Shown here in pieces: positions 18,425 to 28,164 of a stretch of DNA of 64,000 nt. This stretch comes from a virus: the IMG/VR virus record IMGVR_UViG_3300045988_125296, one strand, 5' to 3'. The notes beneath the pieces are model-generated. The model had not been told where the DNA came from. It was given only the letters and a program-made list of their open reading frames with translations, and searched no databases. Position numbers and translations under genes: made by a program. The number at the start of each line of letters is the position of its first letter. The stretch's first letter is position 1.

Positions 18425-18781
18425 ATGGGACGTAAGAGTAAAGTGAATGTAGTTTTTATCATTATCGCTGTGATAGCTATTTCCGTAGCTATATTTTCTC
18501 TTAGTAAATCTAACTCTAACCCCCCTATTATAGACTCTGAGATTTACGAAGATAATATTCGTACCCTTAATGATACGATTAAAGAACTTAAAGAGGACAT
18601 TCTTTTATACCAAAAAGAAATTGAGCGTATTGATTTAGAACGTGAAAAAATAAGGCAACAGTTAAATCAAATAATCAAAGAAAATGAAGATACTGATATT
18701 GAGCTTTCTAATGGTGATTGGGACTATAACATTAAGTTTCTCTCAGAATTTTTATCCAAAAAAGATTCTTTGGGGAAATGA
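18425..18781 (+). CDS. N-terminally anchored coiled-coil protein (i-spanin-like)
   Basis: TM VVFIIIAVIAISVAIFSL followed by a coiled coil. Directly downstream of the amidase. Confidence 0.4.
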   Translation: MGRKSKVNVVFIIIAVIAISVAIFSLSKSNSNPPIIDSEIYEDNIRTLNDTIKELKEDILLYQKEIERIDLEREKIRQQLNQIIKENEDTDIELSNGDWDYNIKFLSEFLSKKDSLGK

Positions 18782-19106
18782 TACAGTTCTTGCCATAACT
18801 AAGCCTCAACTTATAACTATAAATAGGTCTTTGAATGATTTATACTTTCAGAAAAAGATAAATAAGAATCTTAGAAGCCAAATATTTGTTCAAGATTCTT
18901 TACTGACTTATTGGAAAACATTATCTTTGAAGACAGATTCTTTGTATTTATTTGAGAATAAAAAATATGAAGAATCTTGTTTGTTAAATTCGTCTCTAAA
19001 AAAATCTTTGGAAAAGGAGAAACGGAGAGTTACGAATATTGGTATTGGTGTAGGAGTCGGCGGCACTCTTTTAGGTGTTTTGATTGGGGTGTTGCTTGCT
19101 AAGTAA
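18684..19106 (+). CDS. protein with signal peptide and C-terminal TM (o-/u-spanin-like), starting inside the previous ORF
   Basis: N-terminus MKILILSFLMVIGTITLSFSQ, C-terminus IGIGVGVGGTLLGVLIGVLLAK. Its start lies 98 nt inside ORF 18425-18781, in another frame. No lipobox Cys. Confidence 0.4.
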   Translation: MKILILSFLMVIGTITLSFSQNFYPKKILWGNDTVLAITKPQLITINRSLNDLYFQKKINKNLRSQIFVQDSLLTYWKTLSLKTDSLYLFENKKYEESCLLNSSLKKSLEKEKRRVTNIGIGVGVGGTLLGVLIGVLLAK

Positions 19107-19128
19107 TAAATTTAAAACAATAACTAAA

Positions 19129-20844
19129 ATGGCTGATGTAGGATTAACTATTGTAGAAGGCGTTGCTAATGGAGCTACCGCCTACAAAGAACCCTCCAAA
19201 AGAAACATTGGACTTCTCGGTCAATTTGTACGAGGTGGAGCTTTTTCGCCTGTGAAGATAACAAATTTGGAGGAGTTCAATAATGTATTTGGAGGACAAA
19301 GTGCATCTTTCTTTGGTCCGGGTATTGTCAAAAGTATTTTCGATGAAGCTGGAAATGCTCCTGTTACAATGTATCTTGCCAGAGTTGTTGGCTCAGGTTC
19401 TGTTGTTGCAAGTGGCACTGGAAGTTTATCGGATGACGCAACTATGACAGTAAAAGCCGGTTACAAAGGGAAAGAAGACCCCGGAGTTTGGGCTAACGGA
19501 ATCAAAGTTTCACTCTATTCTTATAGCTCTCGTGTAAAAGGTATGTTTACTCTTGTCGTTACGTATGGGGGTAAACAAGAAACGTATAGCTATGGAACTC
19601 TCTCTGAGATTCAAACTGCTGTTAATAAAGTTAGCAAGTACATTGTTATCGAATTTAGTAAGGAGATAGAACAACTTACTTATAAAAGTATTACAGGTAC
19701 TGCTACGGCTACCACTTCAAGTAATGAAATTACAGGAGAAGGAACCTCATTTAAGACTGACCTTGCAGTAGGAAATGTGCTGTACGACAGCAATAAGAAA
19801 GTAATTGGAACGGTTGCCTCAATTACTTCGGACACTAAACTTGTATTGACCAGTAAAGCTATGAATGCTGTTACTTCGGCAACAATCTCTAAACGAGATG
19901 ACAAAGTTTATACGGCCAGTTTATCTGGTGGTGTAGACGGTGAAGTCCAAGAGTCTGATTTTTACCCGATTGAGAGTACTACTGACCCGAAAGGGCTTTC
20001 ATGTTTTGACGGATATGACGTTCAGATTATTGCTTGTACGGAGTTTCATTCTCTTTCTATGGCGAAAGTTCTGAACGAGTACTTAAAGACACGTAAGAAT
20101 CCAATCGGTATTGTAAATATGCCCCTTAATGCAGACGAAGGAACTGCCGAGTTATACGCCTTAGAATTACAAACTAATGAGACAAGTTTTCTCGCAGGTT
20201 ATATGGGGTGGTGTAAAATTCCAGATGAAAACGGAAATCCAGTACTGATTCCAGCTATTGGACCTATTTTAGGAGCCGCTTATGTCCGTACACCGTATTT
20301 ACAAGGAGACTTTATACATATTCCTCCCGCAGGAATAGATTCTTTGTTCAAAAATGTTATAGAAGTTATCCCCCCTCGGTTGTCTCAGGCATCTATCAAT
20401 AAGCTCGTACAACAATTCTCGTGCAATATTATTCAATATGTCGAGAATACGGGTTATTACGTTGGTAGTTCACGGACGTATTCTACAAATAGCTTGTATT
20501 CAAGCGTACATATTCGTATGCAGACCTCTTACTATCTGAGGGCACTGAACTCTAAGATGAGATTTTTGGAACAAAAGCCGAATACTCCCGGATTGAAGCG
20601 TGAAGCTCTTGTTCAATTGAACCAATTCTTTAAGACAGAGTACGATAATGGTGCTCTTGAAGGAAGCGTTGACTTTAACCAAGCCTATCAAGGTATTTGT
20701 GACAAGAGCAATAATCCGCCTACGCAGGATAGAAAGCTCTTGAATATAGACGTTCTGTGGATTCCTACTGAATGCACGGAAAGTATTCGGCTTTCTTTAC
20801 AGAGAAACGATAATATATTAACCACAATAGAAACGGAGGCATAA
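19129..20844 (+). CDS. contractile tail sheath protein
   Basis: 571 aa from ATG 19129 (MADVGLTIVEG). The track start 19084 overlaps the upstream gene. Sheath-like size, followed by a gp19-like tube gene. Confidence 0.7.
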   Translation: MADVGLTIVEGVANGATAYKEPSKRNIGLLGQFVRGGAFSPVKITNLEEFNNVFGGQSASFFGPGIVKSIFDEAGNAPVTMYLARVVGSGSVVASGTGSLSDDATMTVKAGYKGKEDPGVWANGIKVSLYSYSSRVKGMFTLVVTYGGKQETYSYGTLSEIQTAVNKVSKYIVIEFSKEIEQLTYKSITGTATATTSSNEITGEGTSFKTDLAVGNVLYDSNKKVIGTVASITSDTKLVLTSKAMNAVTSATISKRDDKVYTASLSGGVDGEVQESDFYPIESTTDPKGLSCFDGYDVQIIACTEFHSLSMAKVLNEYLKTRKNPIGIVNMPLNADEGTAELYALELQTNETSFLAGYMGWCKIPDENGNPVLIPAIGPILGAAYVRTPYLQGDFIHIPPAGIDSLFKNVIEVIPPRLSQASINKLVQQFSCNIIQYVENTGYYVGSSRTYSTNSLYSSVHIRMQTSYYLRALNSKMRFLEQKPNTPGLKREALVQLNQFFKTEYDNGALEGSVDFNQAYQGICDKSNNPPTQDRKLLNIDVLWIPTECTESIRLSLQRNDNILTTIETEA

Positions 20845-20845
20845 T

Positions 20846-21304
20846 ATGAAACCACAGAAACCACAAGATGTATATGTAGTTAACGGGTGGTATTTAAATA
20901 TCCCCGTTGAGGGTATCAATTCCGATGGTTTATTCGAGACTCTTGAAGGAATGTCGAAATCTTCTGGAACTGTCGAAGTAGTTGATGCAGGAACCAATAG
21001 AAAGTATAAATTTACCGACCAGCTTACAGATTACGGTGAAATGACACTTACGAGACCTTACAATGGTAGTGCAGCTGACCGTGCTATGGAGACTCTCGTT
21101 AATACCATGATTGAGAATGGTCTGAAACTTCCTGTTACAGCTGTTAAGATGCATCAAGGACAAGAAGTTCTCACGATTATTTTCGAAGGGTTTGCTTTTA
21201 ACGCAGCGAACTATCCGAATTTTGACGTAGGTGGCTCGGATAAATTTATTGTATCTTATACAGCTCACTGTGACGGTTGGACTATTTTACCAGCCGGTTC
21301 TTAA
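20846..21304 (+). CDS. tail tube protein (T4 gp19 / contractile-injection tube family)
   Basis: 152 aa. VVNGWYLNIPVEG...FETLEGMSKSSGTVEV...YGEMTLTRPY...LTIIFEGFAFNA fits the tube-family pattern. Confidence 0.65.
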   Translation: MKPQKPQDVYVVNGWYLNIPVEGINSDGLFETLEGMSKSSGTVEVVDAGTNRKYKFTDQLTDYGEMTLTRPYNGSAADRAMETLVNTMIENGLKLPVTAVKMHQGQEVLTIIFEGFAFNAANYPNFDVGGSDKFIVSYTAHCDGWTILPAGS

Positions 21305-21336
21305 ATATTAAACAATAACTAAACATCAATCGTATT

Positions 21337-22221
21337 ATGGATGGATTATTTTTTGAACTTCCAGTAGGACTCCGAATTAACGGAGAAGTTCATAAAGATG
21401 TAGAATTGCTCAAAACAAATGGTGTTGCGGAAAAGATTTTCGTAAAAAAACTGTCTGAGAAACCGTTTACATGGCAAGGAAATGTTATCTCTGCGGCTGT
21501 TAAACGAATCGGTAACATAGAAATCGGCCCCGAAGTACGGAAGAAGTACCTTGAAGATGGTTCTGTCACCATACCTTTGGCTGTTTTGAAGTTACCCCTC
21601 GCTGAGGTAAATACCTTGATGGTAGAAATTCATCGTAGAGTATGGGTATCATTTATTCCGAAACAGGAAGTTATCTGTAAATATTGCGGTAAAAAATTGA
21701 TAGCCGACATTGACTTGGATAAAATTGACTATTTACCGGAAACTAAGGAGATGATGGAGTCTCTTACTGATTACGAGCATGTTGTAGTCAAATTGAGAGA
21801 CGGCTTTATTCCTCCGCAAATTCCAAAGATTACTGATAAACCTGAGTACTTAGGTATAACTGATATTGAATTTAACAGATTTACATTCAGGGTTCCACTT
21901 CTTGAAGATGCAATTCGCCAAGAAAAATATTTTTCTGATAGCATAGGATTTTGGCGACGTATCGCAATGGACTGCTTGTTATCTGTTGATAAAGTAGACG
22001 AAGAAGGAAACGTACTTGACACTTTACCCAAGGAGTTCCATACATGGTATGGGTTGAAGATATTCAACGAATACTTGTCGGGCATAGATTTGAAGGAAAT
22101 ACGGAATGAGATTATTGAATGCTTGCCGACACTTCCTTACGCCTATTATGAGGTGTGTGGTTGTGACGAACGTAGGGAAATACCTATGATTATGGAGGCG
22201 AGCAGTTTTTTCTCGGAATGA
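21337..22221 (+). CDS. tail assembly chaperone (short, unshifted product)
   Basis: Lies between the tube and tape-measure genes. Ends 7 nt after an in-frame T_TTT_TTC slippery heptamer. Confidence 0.5.
   Translation: MDGLFFELPVGLRINGEVHKDVELLKTNGVAEKIFVKKLSEKPFTWQGNVISAAVKRIGNIEIGPEVRKKYLEDGSVTIPLAVLKLPLAEVNTLMVEIHRRVWVSFIPKQEVICKYCGKKLIADIDLDKIDYLPETKEMMESLTDYEHVVVKLRDGFIPPQIPKITDKPEYLGITDIEFNRFTFRVPLLEDAIRQEKYFSDSIGFWRRIAMDCLLSVDKVDEEGNVLDTLPKEFHTWYGLKIFNEYLSGIDLKEIRNEIIECLPTLPYAYYEVCGCDERREIPMIMEASSFFSE
22206..22212 (+). promoter_or_regulatory. -1 programmed ribosomal frameshift slippery site T_TTT_TTC
   Basis: Zero-frame codons are agT TTT TTC tcg gaa TGA. The -1 frame reads TTT CTC GGA ATG ACG..., which is the frame of ORF 22218-22496. 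Confidence 0.55.
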
Positions 22222-22496
22222 CGTTTAATCCTACGGAGTACCATTTATGGTATAAAGAATACCCTATGTTCAACCTTTGGGCTGTACAGAAGGGTATTCT
22301 TTTCTTTCCAAAAGAATATGCAGAAGATGATGAGCTTGGAAAGTATGATTTAACGTCAAAATCGTATATCCTAATGAAACGTCTCGGCCAAGATTACAAC
22401 CGAATAATGCTCATGGATTCGGAAGATAGAGATAAGTTTTTTAAAATGGAAATGGAATTGATAAAAGAAGAATCTAAGAAAAAAGACATGTCATGA
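22218..22496 (+). CDS. frameshift extension of the tail assembly chaperone (or independent 92-aa product)
   Basis: In the -1 frame relative to 21337-22221. The frame is open from the slippery site onward. Confidence 0.5.
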   Translation: MTFNPTEYHLWYKEYPMFNLWAVQKGILFFPKEYAEDDELGKYDLTSKSYILMKRLGQDYNRIMLMDSEDRDKFFKMEMELIKEESKKKDMS

Positions 22497-23077
22497 AACT
22501 TATAGCTACAATATTAAATTCATCGGAAAAAGTTTTATCCCGTTTTGTTGCTCTTGGAGAAGGCAACGTTTCTACTTACGATAACTTAAAAAAAGCTCCC
22601 ATAGGAAGTACATATTTGGACCGTTTAAATAAAAGTTTCTATCAGAAAATGAGTGATGATGGCTCAGTGTCTGATTGGGGTTTACTTGGAGGCTCTACTC
22701 CTACTAAAACAGGTGTATTTCCTATGGAGCCATCTGAAATCGTTTTAAATCTCCCGATTTATTCATTACAGAGTAATGTTGAAGTCGGTTTGGACGATGT
22801 AGTACGTGGACAACTTAATCACATAGAAGAATGGGAAGAATTTTCCTCGGAAAAGGAGGAACAATCCGGATATTATGTATCTTTGTTTGTTCCTCTCCCA
22901 GAGGGCAGCACTTCTGCAAAAATGCAGAAAGACTCTGCACAAGAGAAAGTAATTGACGATGGGATTATTGTTCTTCGTATAGACGATACGACTAAATCTG
23001 TTAAGATTACGATTACTTTGGGAGAATCGGAAACTCTTACACGGACTCTTGATTTATCGAAACTTGAAAAACTTTAA
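22493..23077 (+). CDS. hypothetical tail protein
   Basis: 194-aa ORF between the chaperone and tape-measure genes. Confidence 0.45.
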   Translation: MKLIATILNSSEKVLSRFVALGEGNVSTYDNLKKAPIGSTYLDRLNKSFYQKMSDDGSVSDWGLLGGSTPTKTGVFPMEPSEIVLNLPIYSLQSNVEVGLDDVVRGQLNHIEEWEEFSSEKEEQSGYYVSLFVPLPEGSTSAKMQKDSAQEKVIDDGIIVLRIDDTTKSVKITITLGESETLTRTLDLSKLEKL

Positions 23078-23082
23078 TTAAA

Positions 23083-25227
23083 ATGGCAGGAAGTGGTAAG
23101 GCTCAATTTGCTTATGATTTTGGAATAGCCATCTCGCAGAGCACTTTAACTAAGTTAACACGGCTTACTGGGGCTTCTCTTACTTTGGCTTCGGCATTTT
23201 ATGCCTTAAAGAGTACTGCCTCTGAATACGTTGACGTTTTGAAAGAGAACACTATCCGATTAGGAGGTGTTCTCTCTACTATGCAAGCTATGGAACAAGC
23301 TCAACGGAGACTTGTTCAAGGACAATCTTACTTTGACGTTAGCGACCAATTAAAAGGTATGAATCAGCTCATGTCTGTTGGCGTTAAAGTTGGAGAAAAT
23401 CTTGATTGGGTAAGTAAAGCCGCTCATGCTACGGGTAAGAGTTTTGCCGAATTTTCAGGACTTATCACAAATGCCATCAATGGGAATTTACAAGGCTTAG
23501 TCGATGCCGGCTTTATGACACAAAGAGCGACAAAAATGTTCGCTAAGTTTCAAGGCAATACTGTGATGATGCAGAATGCCGTTATGAACTTTCTTAAAAC
23601 GCATAAAGGGTTAATGAGGGCCATAGAGAATGACTTTGTAACAATTCAAGATGGCACAAATAGACTTAAAGGGGTATATAAATCTTTCTTACATTCTGTA
23701 ATTGGTAAGCCGAATGACCCAAGTAGTCTTTACGGGGCTTTTTCTGGAATGCTTCAAATGATTGGAGATAAATTTGGTAAAGGCGGTGAACTTACCCAGA
23801 ACATGATTGCCATAAAAAGGTATGGCGAAGGAATTGGTATGGTTCTTAATTGGGTTGTCACCCAAGTTGGGCATACGATAGTTTGGCTCGGTAAACAAGC
23901 TAAAAAAGTTACTCAGACTTTACTTGGTTCAAGTGATACTTTTGCAGAACGAATGAGGTCTTTTGTTGTGTGGTTGGAATTTTGGAAACTTCGAGTCGTT
24001 GATTTTTTCAAGGAATATGGTAATGAGATAAAAGGTGTACTTAAACTTCTTATTGCGTACAAGGTATTAAAAAGTGTATTCGTTATTGGAGATGCTGCTA
24101 TGAAGTCGGTTAGGTCTTACAGAACTGGACTTCGGCGTACTTTTGCCCTACGAGAAAGGTATGTTAGACGTATGCGTGATGACGGAAATAAGTATACTCG
24201 ATGGCTTCAATCACTGGCTGTTTTTTTACCACGATGGGCCAGAAAAATATACGTTTCTGTGGGAAAGATTCTTAATTTGGTATTTTTCAATCGTGAAATT
24301 ATCGCTGAAAAATTAGGATTTTTCCTCTTTAAGGTTAAACAAGTTTTTGGTTTTGTTGCAAAAGGACTCAAATTTATTTTTGGTCTTATTAGAAATATAA
24401 GAGTTATAATACCCGCATTAGCTAATGGATTTAGAGCTTTATTGACTGCTTTTAGCACTACCAATCCATTAGGGTGGATTATGCTTGCTGTTGCAGCAGT
24501 TGTTATGTTATACAACAAGTTTAAAGGAGTTAGAACCTATATAAATGGTGCTCTTAAATTGTGGTGGGAACAGATAAAACTTCTTTGGAATATCATTGCC
24601 ACCGTCATCAATGCTGTTATTTATGGCCTTAAATGGCTATGGGAAAAATTTAAGGAATGGATAATTACTCCCTTCGAGAATTTATTCTCGATGATAGGTG
24701 ATGGCCTTAAATGGATATGGGATAAGATTAAAGATTCACCTATTGTGAAATGGCTTCGGGAGAATATATTTGAACCTATTGAACATGTTTGGGATATAGT
24801 TAAGCAAATATTCTCAAAATTTGCAAATATTCCCGGAAAGATTGCCAATTTTTTTGGCAAAGGTAATGACGCTTTACATGAATTAAATGAGAAAATGGCT
24901 GCTGAGACAGGAGTTAATCTTGCAGTCAAAGGCGGTAAATACGATGAGAATGACTCCGAGAATTATATGGATAGATTGTTCGGTAAGAAAGATGAAAAAA
25001 CCGACACACCCAATCCATTAGCGACATCTTTTAACATGCCCAGTGACTTTGGAAGTGTAGGTGGTGGAAATAGTGGACCTTCTACTAATTTATCATTTGG
25101 AAACGGAGCCATTCAGATTATTGTACAAAACGGAGAAGGCATCGATGAGAATGTTCTTGCCCGAAAAGTTAAACAGGTTATTCTTGATTTGAAGAGAGAT
25201 AATAATGTGAGAGGAGGTACATTATGA
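23083..25227 (+). CDS. tail tape measure protein
   Basis: 714 aa, largely helical, with a block of hydrophobic segments (residues ~380-520). Positioned after the tube and chaperone genes. Confidence 0.7.
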   Translation: MAGSGKAQFAYDFGIAISQSTLTKLTRLTGASLTLASAFYALKSTASEYVDVLKENTIRLGGVLSTMQAMEQAQRRLVQGQSYFDVSDQLKGMNQLMSVGVKVGENLDWVSKAAHATGKSFAEFSGLITNAINGNLQGLVDAGFMTQRATKMFAKFQGNTVMMQNAVMNFLKTHKGLMRAIENDFVTIQDGTNRLKGVYKSFLHSVIGKPNDPSSLYGAFSGMLQMIGDKFGKGGELTQNMIAIKRYGEGIGMVLNWVVTQVGHTIVWLGKQAKKVTQTLLGSSDTFAERMRSFVVWLEFWKLRVVDFFKEYGNEIKGVLKLLIAYKVLKSVFVIGDAAMKSVRSYRTGLRRTFALRERYVRRMRDDGNKYTRWLQSLAVFLPRWARKIYVSVGKILNLVFFNREIIAEKLGFFLFKVKQVFGFVAKGLKFIFGLIRNIRVIIPALANGFRALLTAFSTTNPLGWIMLAVAAVVMLYNKFKGVRTYINGALKLWWEQIKLLWNIIATVINAVIYGLKWLWEKFKEWIITPFENLFSMIGDGLKWIWDKIKDSPIVKWLRENIFEPIEHVWDIVKQIFSKFANIPGKIANFFGKGNDALHELNEKMAAETGVNLAVKGGKYDENDSENYMDRLFGKKDEKTDTPNPLATSFNMPSDFGSVGGGNSGPSTNLSFGNGAIQIIVQNGEGIDENVLARKVKQVILDLKRDNNVRGGTL

Positions 25228-26099
25228 TAGAGACATTAGGACAATCAGCTATAAACAGTGCTATAACTGCTGGTAGAAGTGAGTTTATGTCTATATTTAG
25301 AAAGGCTCCTTCTCATGCTTATTCTTCTGACAGATACCCAAGACCTTATTCGTCCACTCGTGGGATTATTATCGACAAGAGATTTGTTGAAGGCGTTAGT
25401 ACTCCTGATTTAAGCAATGGTTATCGCTTTCAGTTTAACCCACAAACTATTAGTGACGTAAAAGAGACTTTATATGAGCTTCGTTCATACGCTGGACTTC
25501 CTTATAACGACTATATTTGGGGTGGTGGAGGTGAGAGAATTATTTCTTTCCAGTTATTTTTAGACAATACACCTCAATCGAAACAAAGCTCTTTTAGACC
25601 TACGTCTTATGGGTCTAAACTTGCAAAACAATTTCAAACCGAAGGTAATGATTATTCCTCTAATAAGGACCGAAATTTTTTCGGGCGAGATACTGTTGCC
25701 GATATAAAGAGTCAAGGACGTACTATTAAAGAAAATATATTCCCGTCCTCTGGACCCGATAGTTTCAAATTTACCGATACGGGTGCTTACTCTTTATCAA
25801 GAGTAGACGCACGTGGTATTTTACCCGAAGTCGAGCTTATACAGTCTTTTCTGTACCCTGCCCCTTTGGATAATGAAAAGACCCCTAAATTTGCAGAAGG
25901 AGGAATGGTCTCCAAAAGACAATTTAGACCTCCTGCTATCGTAATATTGGCCATAGGCCCCCTATATTTAGAAGGGGTTATAAAGAGTGCCCCTGTTTCA
26001 TATACTCTTTTCGATAAGGATTTAACACCTTTAAGAGGTACTATCGACATTGAGTTTGGAGTTTTTGAGTTTATGGAAGTTAAAGTAATGGATTTATGA
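25224..26099 (+). CDS. hypothetical tail/baseplate protein
   Basis: 291-aa ORF. ATGA overlap with the tape-measure gene. Confidence 0.45.
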   Translation: MIETLGQSAINSAITAGRSEFMSIFRKAPSHAYSSDRYPRPYSSTRGIIIDKRFVEGVSTPDLSNGYRFQFNPQTISDVKETLYELRSYAGLPYNDYIWGGGGERIISFQLFLDNTPQSKQSSFRPTSYGSKLAKQFQTEGNDYSSNKDRNFFGRDTVADIKSQGRTIKENIFPSSGPDSFKFTDTGAYSLSRVDARGILPEVELIQSFLYPAPLDNEKTPKFAEGGMVSKRQFRPPAIVILAIGPLYLEGVIKSAPVSYTLFDKDLTPLRGTIDIEFGVFEFMEVKVMDL

Positions 26100-26389
26100 T
26101 TAGCCCTTCTTTTTATAATAAGAAAAACCTTGTTGCCCAATTTTTGGGTGGTAAGGTAGCCCATTACCCTATAAAAGATGCATCGGTAACATTAGAATGG
26201 TATGAGTATGTTTTAAAGGTGGACGAAAATCTTTACACAGTTGCGGCTAAAATTTTTGGTGATGATTTAGAATATCTTTGGACATATATAGCAGATAATA
26301 ATCCTCCACGGCTTCCGGATGCTTGGAATCCCGGAGATATTATAAGACTTCCAAAAATTATAATAAGAGATTCTGACGTAAAAAGATAA
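26096..26389 (+). CDS. LysM-like tail protein (P2 gpX-like)
   Basis: YEYVLKVDENLYTVAAKIFGDDLEYLWTYIADNN...GDIIRLP is LysM-like. It sits just upstream of a gpD-like hub gene. Confidence 0.5.
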   Translation: MISPSFYNKKNLVAQFLGGKVAHYPIKDASVTLEWYEYVLKVDENLYTVAAKIFGDDLEYLWTYIADNNPPRLPDAWNPGDIIRLPKIIIRDSDVKR

Positions 26390-26391
26390 TC

Positions 26392-27744
26392 ATGACACTA
26401 TATAGACCTTTACAACCTCAATTTAAGCTCATGGTCTATGATGGTAATAAAATAGACCCTGACGTGTTAAAGACTTTACCGGGTAGAAACATTATTGATA
26501 ACTATTTGGATATAACTCCTTATGTGACGTACCCAGTAACTTATGAGGAACATGCGGACCTATTAAATACGGTTTCATTTACCGTTAATAAAAATGCAGA
26601 CATACTTTTATACTACTTTTTTGTGGGTCAAAAGGTTATGCTACACGGAAAAAATCATTATTCAGATGATGATGAATTTCAGCATGTTTTTTCTGGAACA
26701 GTTACACGTCTTAAAACGTCTTTTACGGATAGTGGAGCCATCTCATTTACTGTGGAGTGCATGAACTATGGGTTTACGAAATTCGGTAAGGACAAGAAAC
26801 ATTTTGTGTACCCCGATAAGAATAGTCCACGTAAATTTGCCCAATCTGAGGAGCTTTCTCTGTATGACCTTATTAAAGGTATTGCTGAGGAGAACAATTA
26901 TGAGATAGGTGTAATCGATTTGTCCTCTGATTCGAGAAACGTTAAGATAGATAAGATACATATTAGGTATCAGAAAAATATGTCTGACTGGAAATTCCTT
27001 ATTGACCTTGCCAGAGATTTTGGATGTACTGTGTGGTTTTCTTCTGAAAATGGGGTTGACAAGATAAATTTTGCGTCTTTCCAAAAAGCTATGCAGATGC
27101 AATCAGACATTGTATTCCTTTTTCCTCTTTATGGGGTTACTAATAAACAACTTAAATGGGACTCTACAATTAGAGATTCTGAGGTTCAATCTTTTCCTAA
27201 CTCCTCACAGAAACGTCCCAGAATCTTAAAAGAGGTTCAAATTGATGAAGATATATCTTTGGCATATTCTGTTTCTCGAACAGCTATGTACTATGATAAA
27301 GAAACTGGTGATTATAAAGAGTCTGTCTCTATGATAACCACCGATAAAGACGGCAGGCGTAAGATAACATTTTATGAACTTGATGAAGAACGAGTCAAAT
27401 GGGTTAAAGAACACGACCCAGCTTTATATAAGAAAATTTGTAATGGAGGTCCTACTTCTATGGAGTGGGGAGACGACTCGACTAACCCCGAATTTTCTAG
27501 TTTCTATTATACCGCTAAAACTATTTATGACGAGCAAACAGCTGTATTTGACAGAGCGTTTTTTGGTATAACCGTAACAGCTAAATGTAATCAAGATTTG
27601 AACATTCGTTCTCAAAGAACTTATAGGATAAGAGGGGTATTAAGTTACCATAGTAAAGACTTGGAAACCTCTTTCTTTTTACGGGGTCTTAAACAAATTT
27701 GGGATTCTGATGGTGCATGGACTGAATTAGATTTTATACGATGA
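26392..27744 (+). CDS. baseplate hub / late control gpD-like protein
   Basis: 450 aa. Assigned by position between the gpX-like and spike genes. Confidence 0.5.
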   Translation: MTLYRPLQPQFKLMVYDGNKIDPDVLKTLPGRNIIDNYLDITPYVTYPVTYEEHADLLNTVSFTVNKNADILLYYFFVGQKVMLHGKNHYSDDDEFQHVFSGTVTRLKTSFTDSGAISFTVECMNYGFTKFGKDKKHFVYPDKNSPRKFAQSEELSLYDLIKGIAEENNYEIGVIDLSSDSRNVKIDKIHIRYQKNMSDWKFLIDLARDFGCTVWFSSENGVDKINFASFQKAMQMQSDIVFLFPLYGVTNKQLKWDSTIRDSEVQSFPNSSQKRPRILKEVQIDEDISLAYSVSRTAMYYDKETGDYKESVSMITTDKDGRRKITFYELDEERVKWVKEHDPALYKKICNGGPTSMEWGDDSTNPEFSSFYYTAKTIYDEQTAVFDRAFFGITVTAKCNQDLNIRSQRTYRIRGVLSYHSKDLETSFFLRGLKQIWDSDGAWTELDFIR

Positions 27745-28163
27745 TTGAATTTGGAAAAATAACCGGCGATACTGAGAATAACTTAATCGAAGTTAGATTA
27801 CGAACAGGAGAATGTCTTTATGCTCCTGTTGTTATTATGGGTACAAATGTGACGATTCCCTCGGCTACTTGGATTTCAGCTAATAAAGATAATTTTCTCG
27901 CTTTGGTAACTTATGAGAAGGATATGTTTATTTCTCCAATGATTATTGGGTTCTATCCAGTTAAAGGTGCGAAAGCATCTTCCTACAATACTACTGAAAG
28001 GTTACTCTCGGTAATAAAATCTCTTGTAGAACAACTTGGTAAGGCCACTATAAATACTCAGATAGGTCCTCAACAGTTTAGACCCGATACTTTAATGGTT
28101 TTAGATGACCTTTCTGAAACATTGAACGACATCGAAAAGAATATTAACTCTATAAAATTATAA
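27741..28163 (+). CDS. baseplate central spike (gpV/gp5 OB-fold-like)
   Basis: FGKITGDTENNLIEVRLRTGECL...FLALVTYEKDMFISPMIIGFYP resembles the gpV N-terminal barrel. Confidence 0.5.
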   Translation: MIEFGKITGDTENNLIEVRLRTGECLYAPVVIMGTNVTIPSATWISANKDNFLALVTYEKDMFISPMIIGFYPVKGAKASSYNTTERLLSVIKSLVEQLGKATINTQIGPQQFRPDTLMVLDDLSETLNDIEKNINSIKL

Positions 28164-28164
28164 C

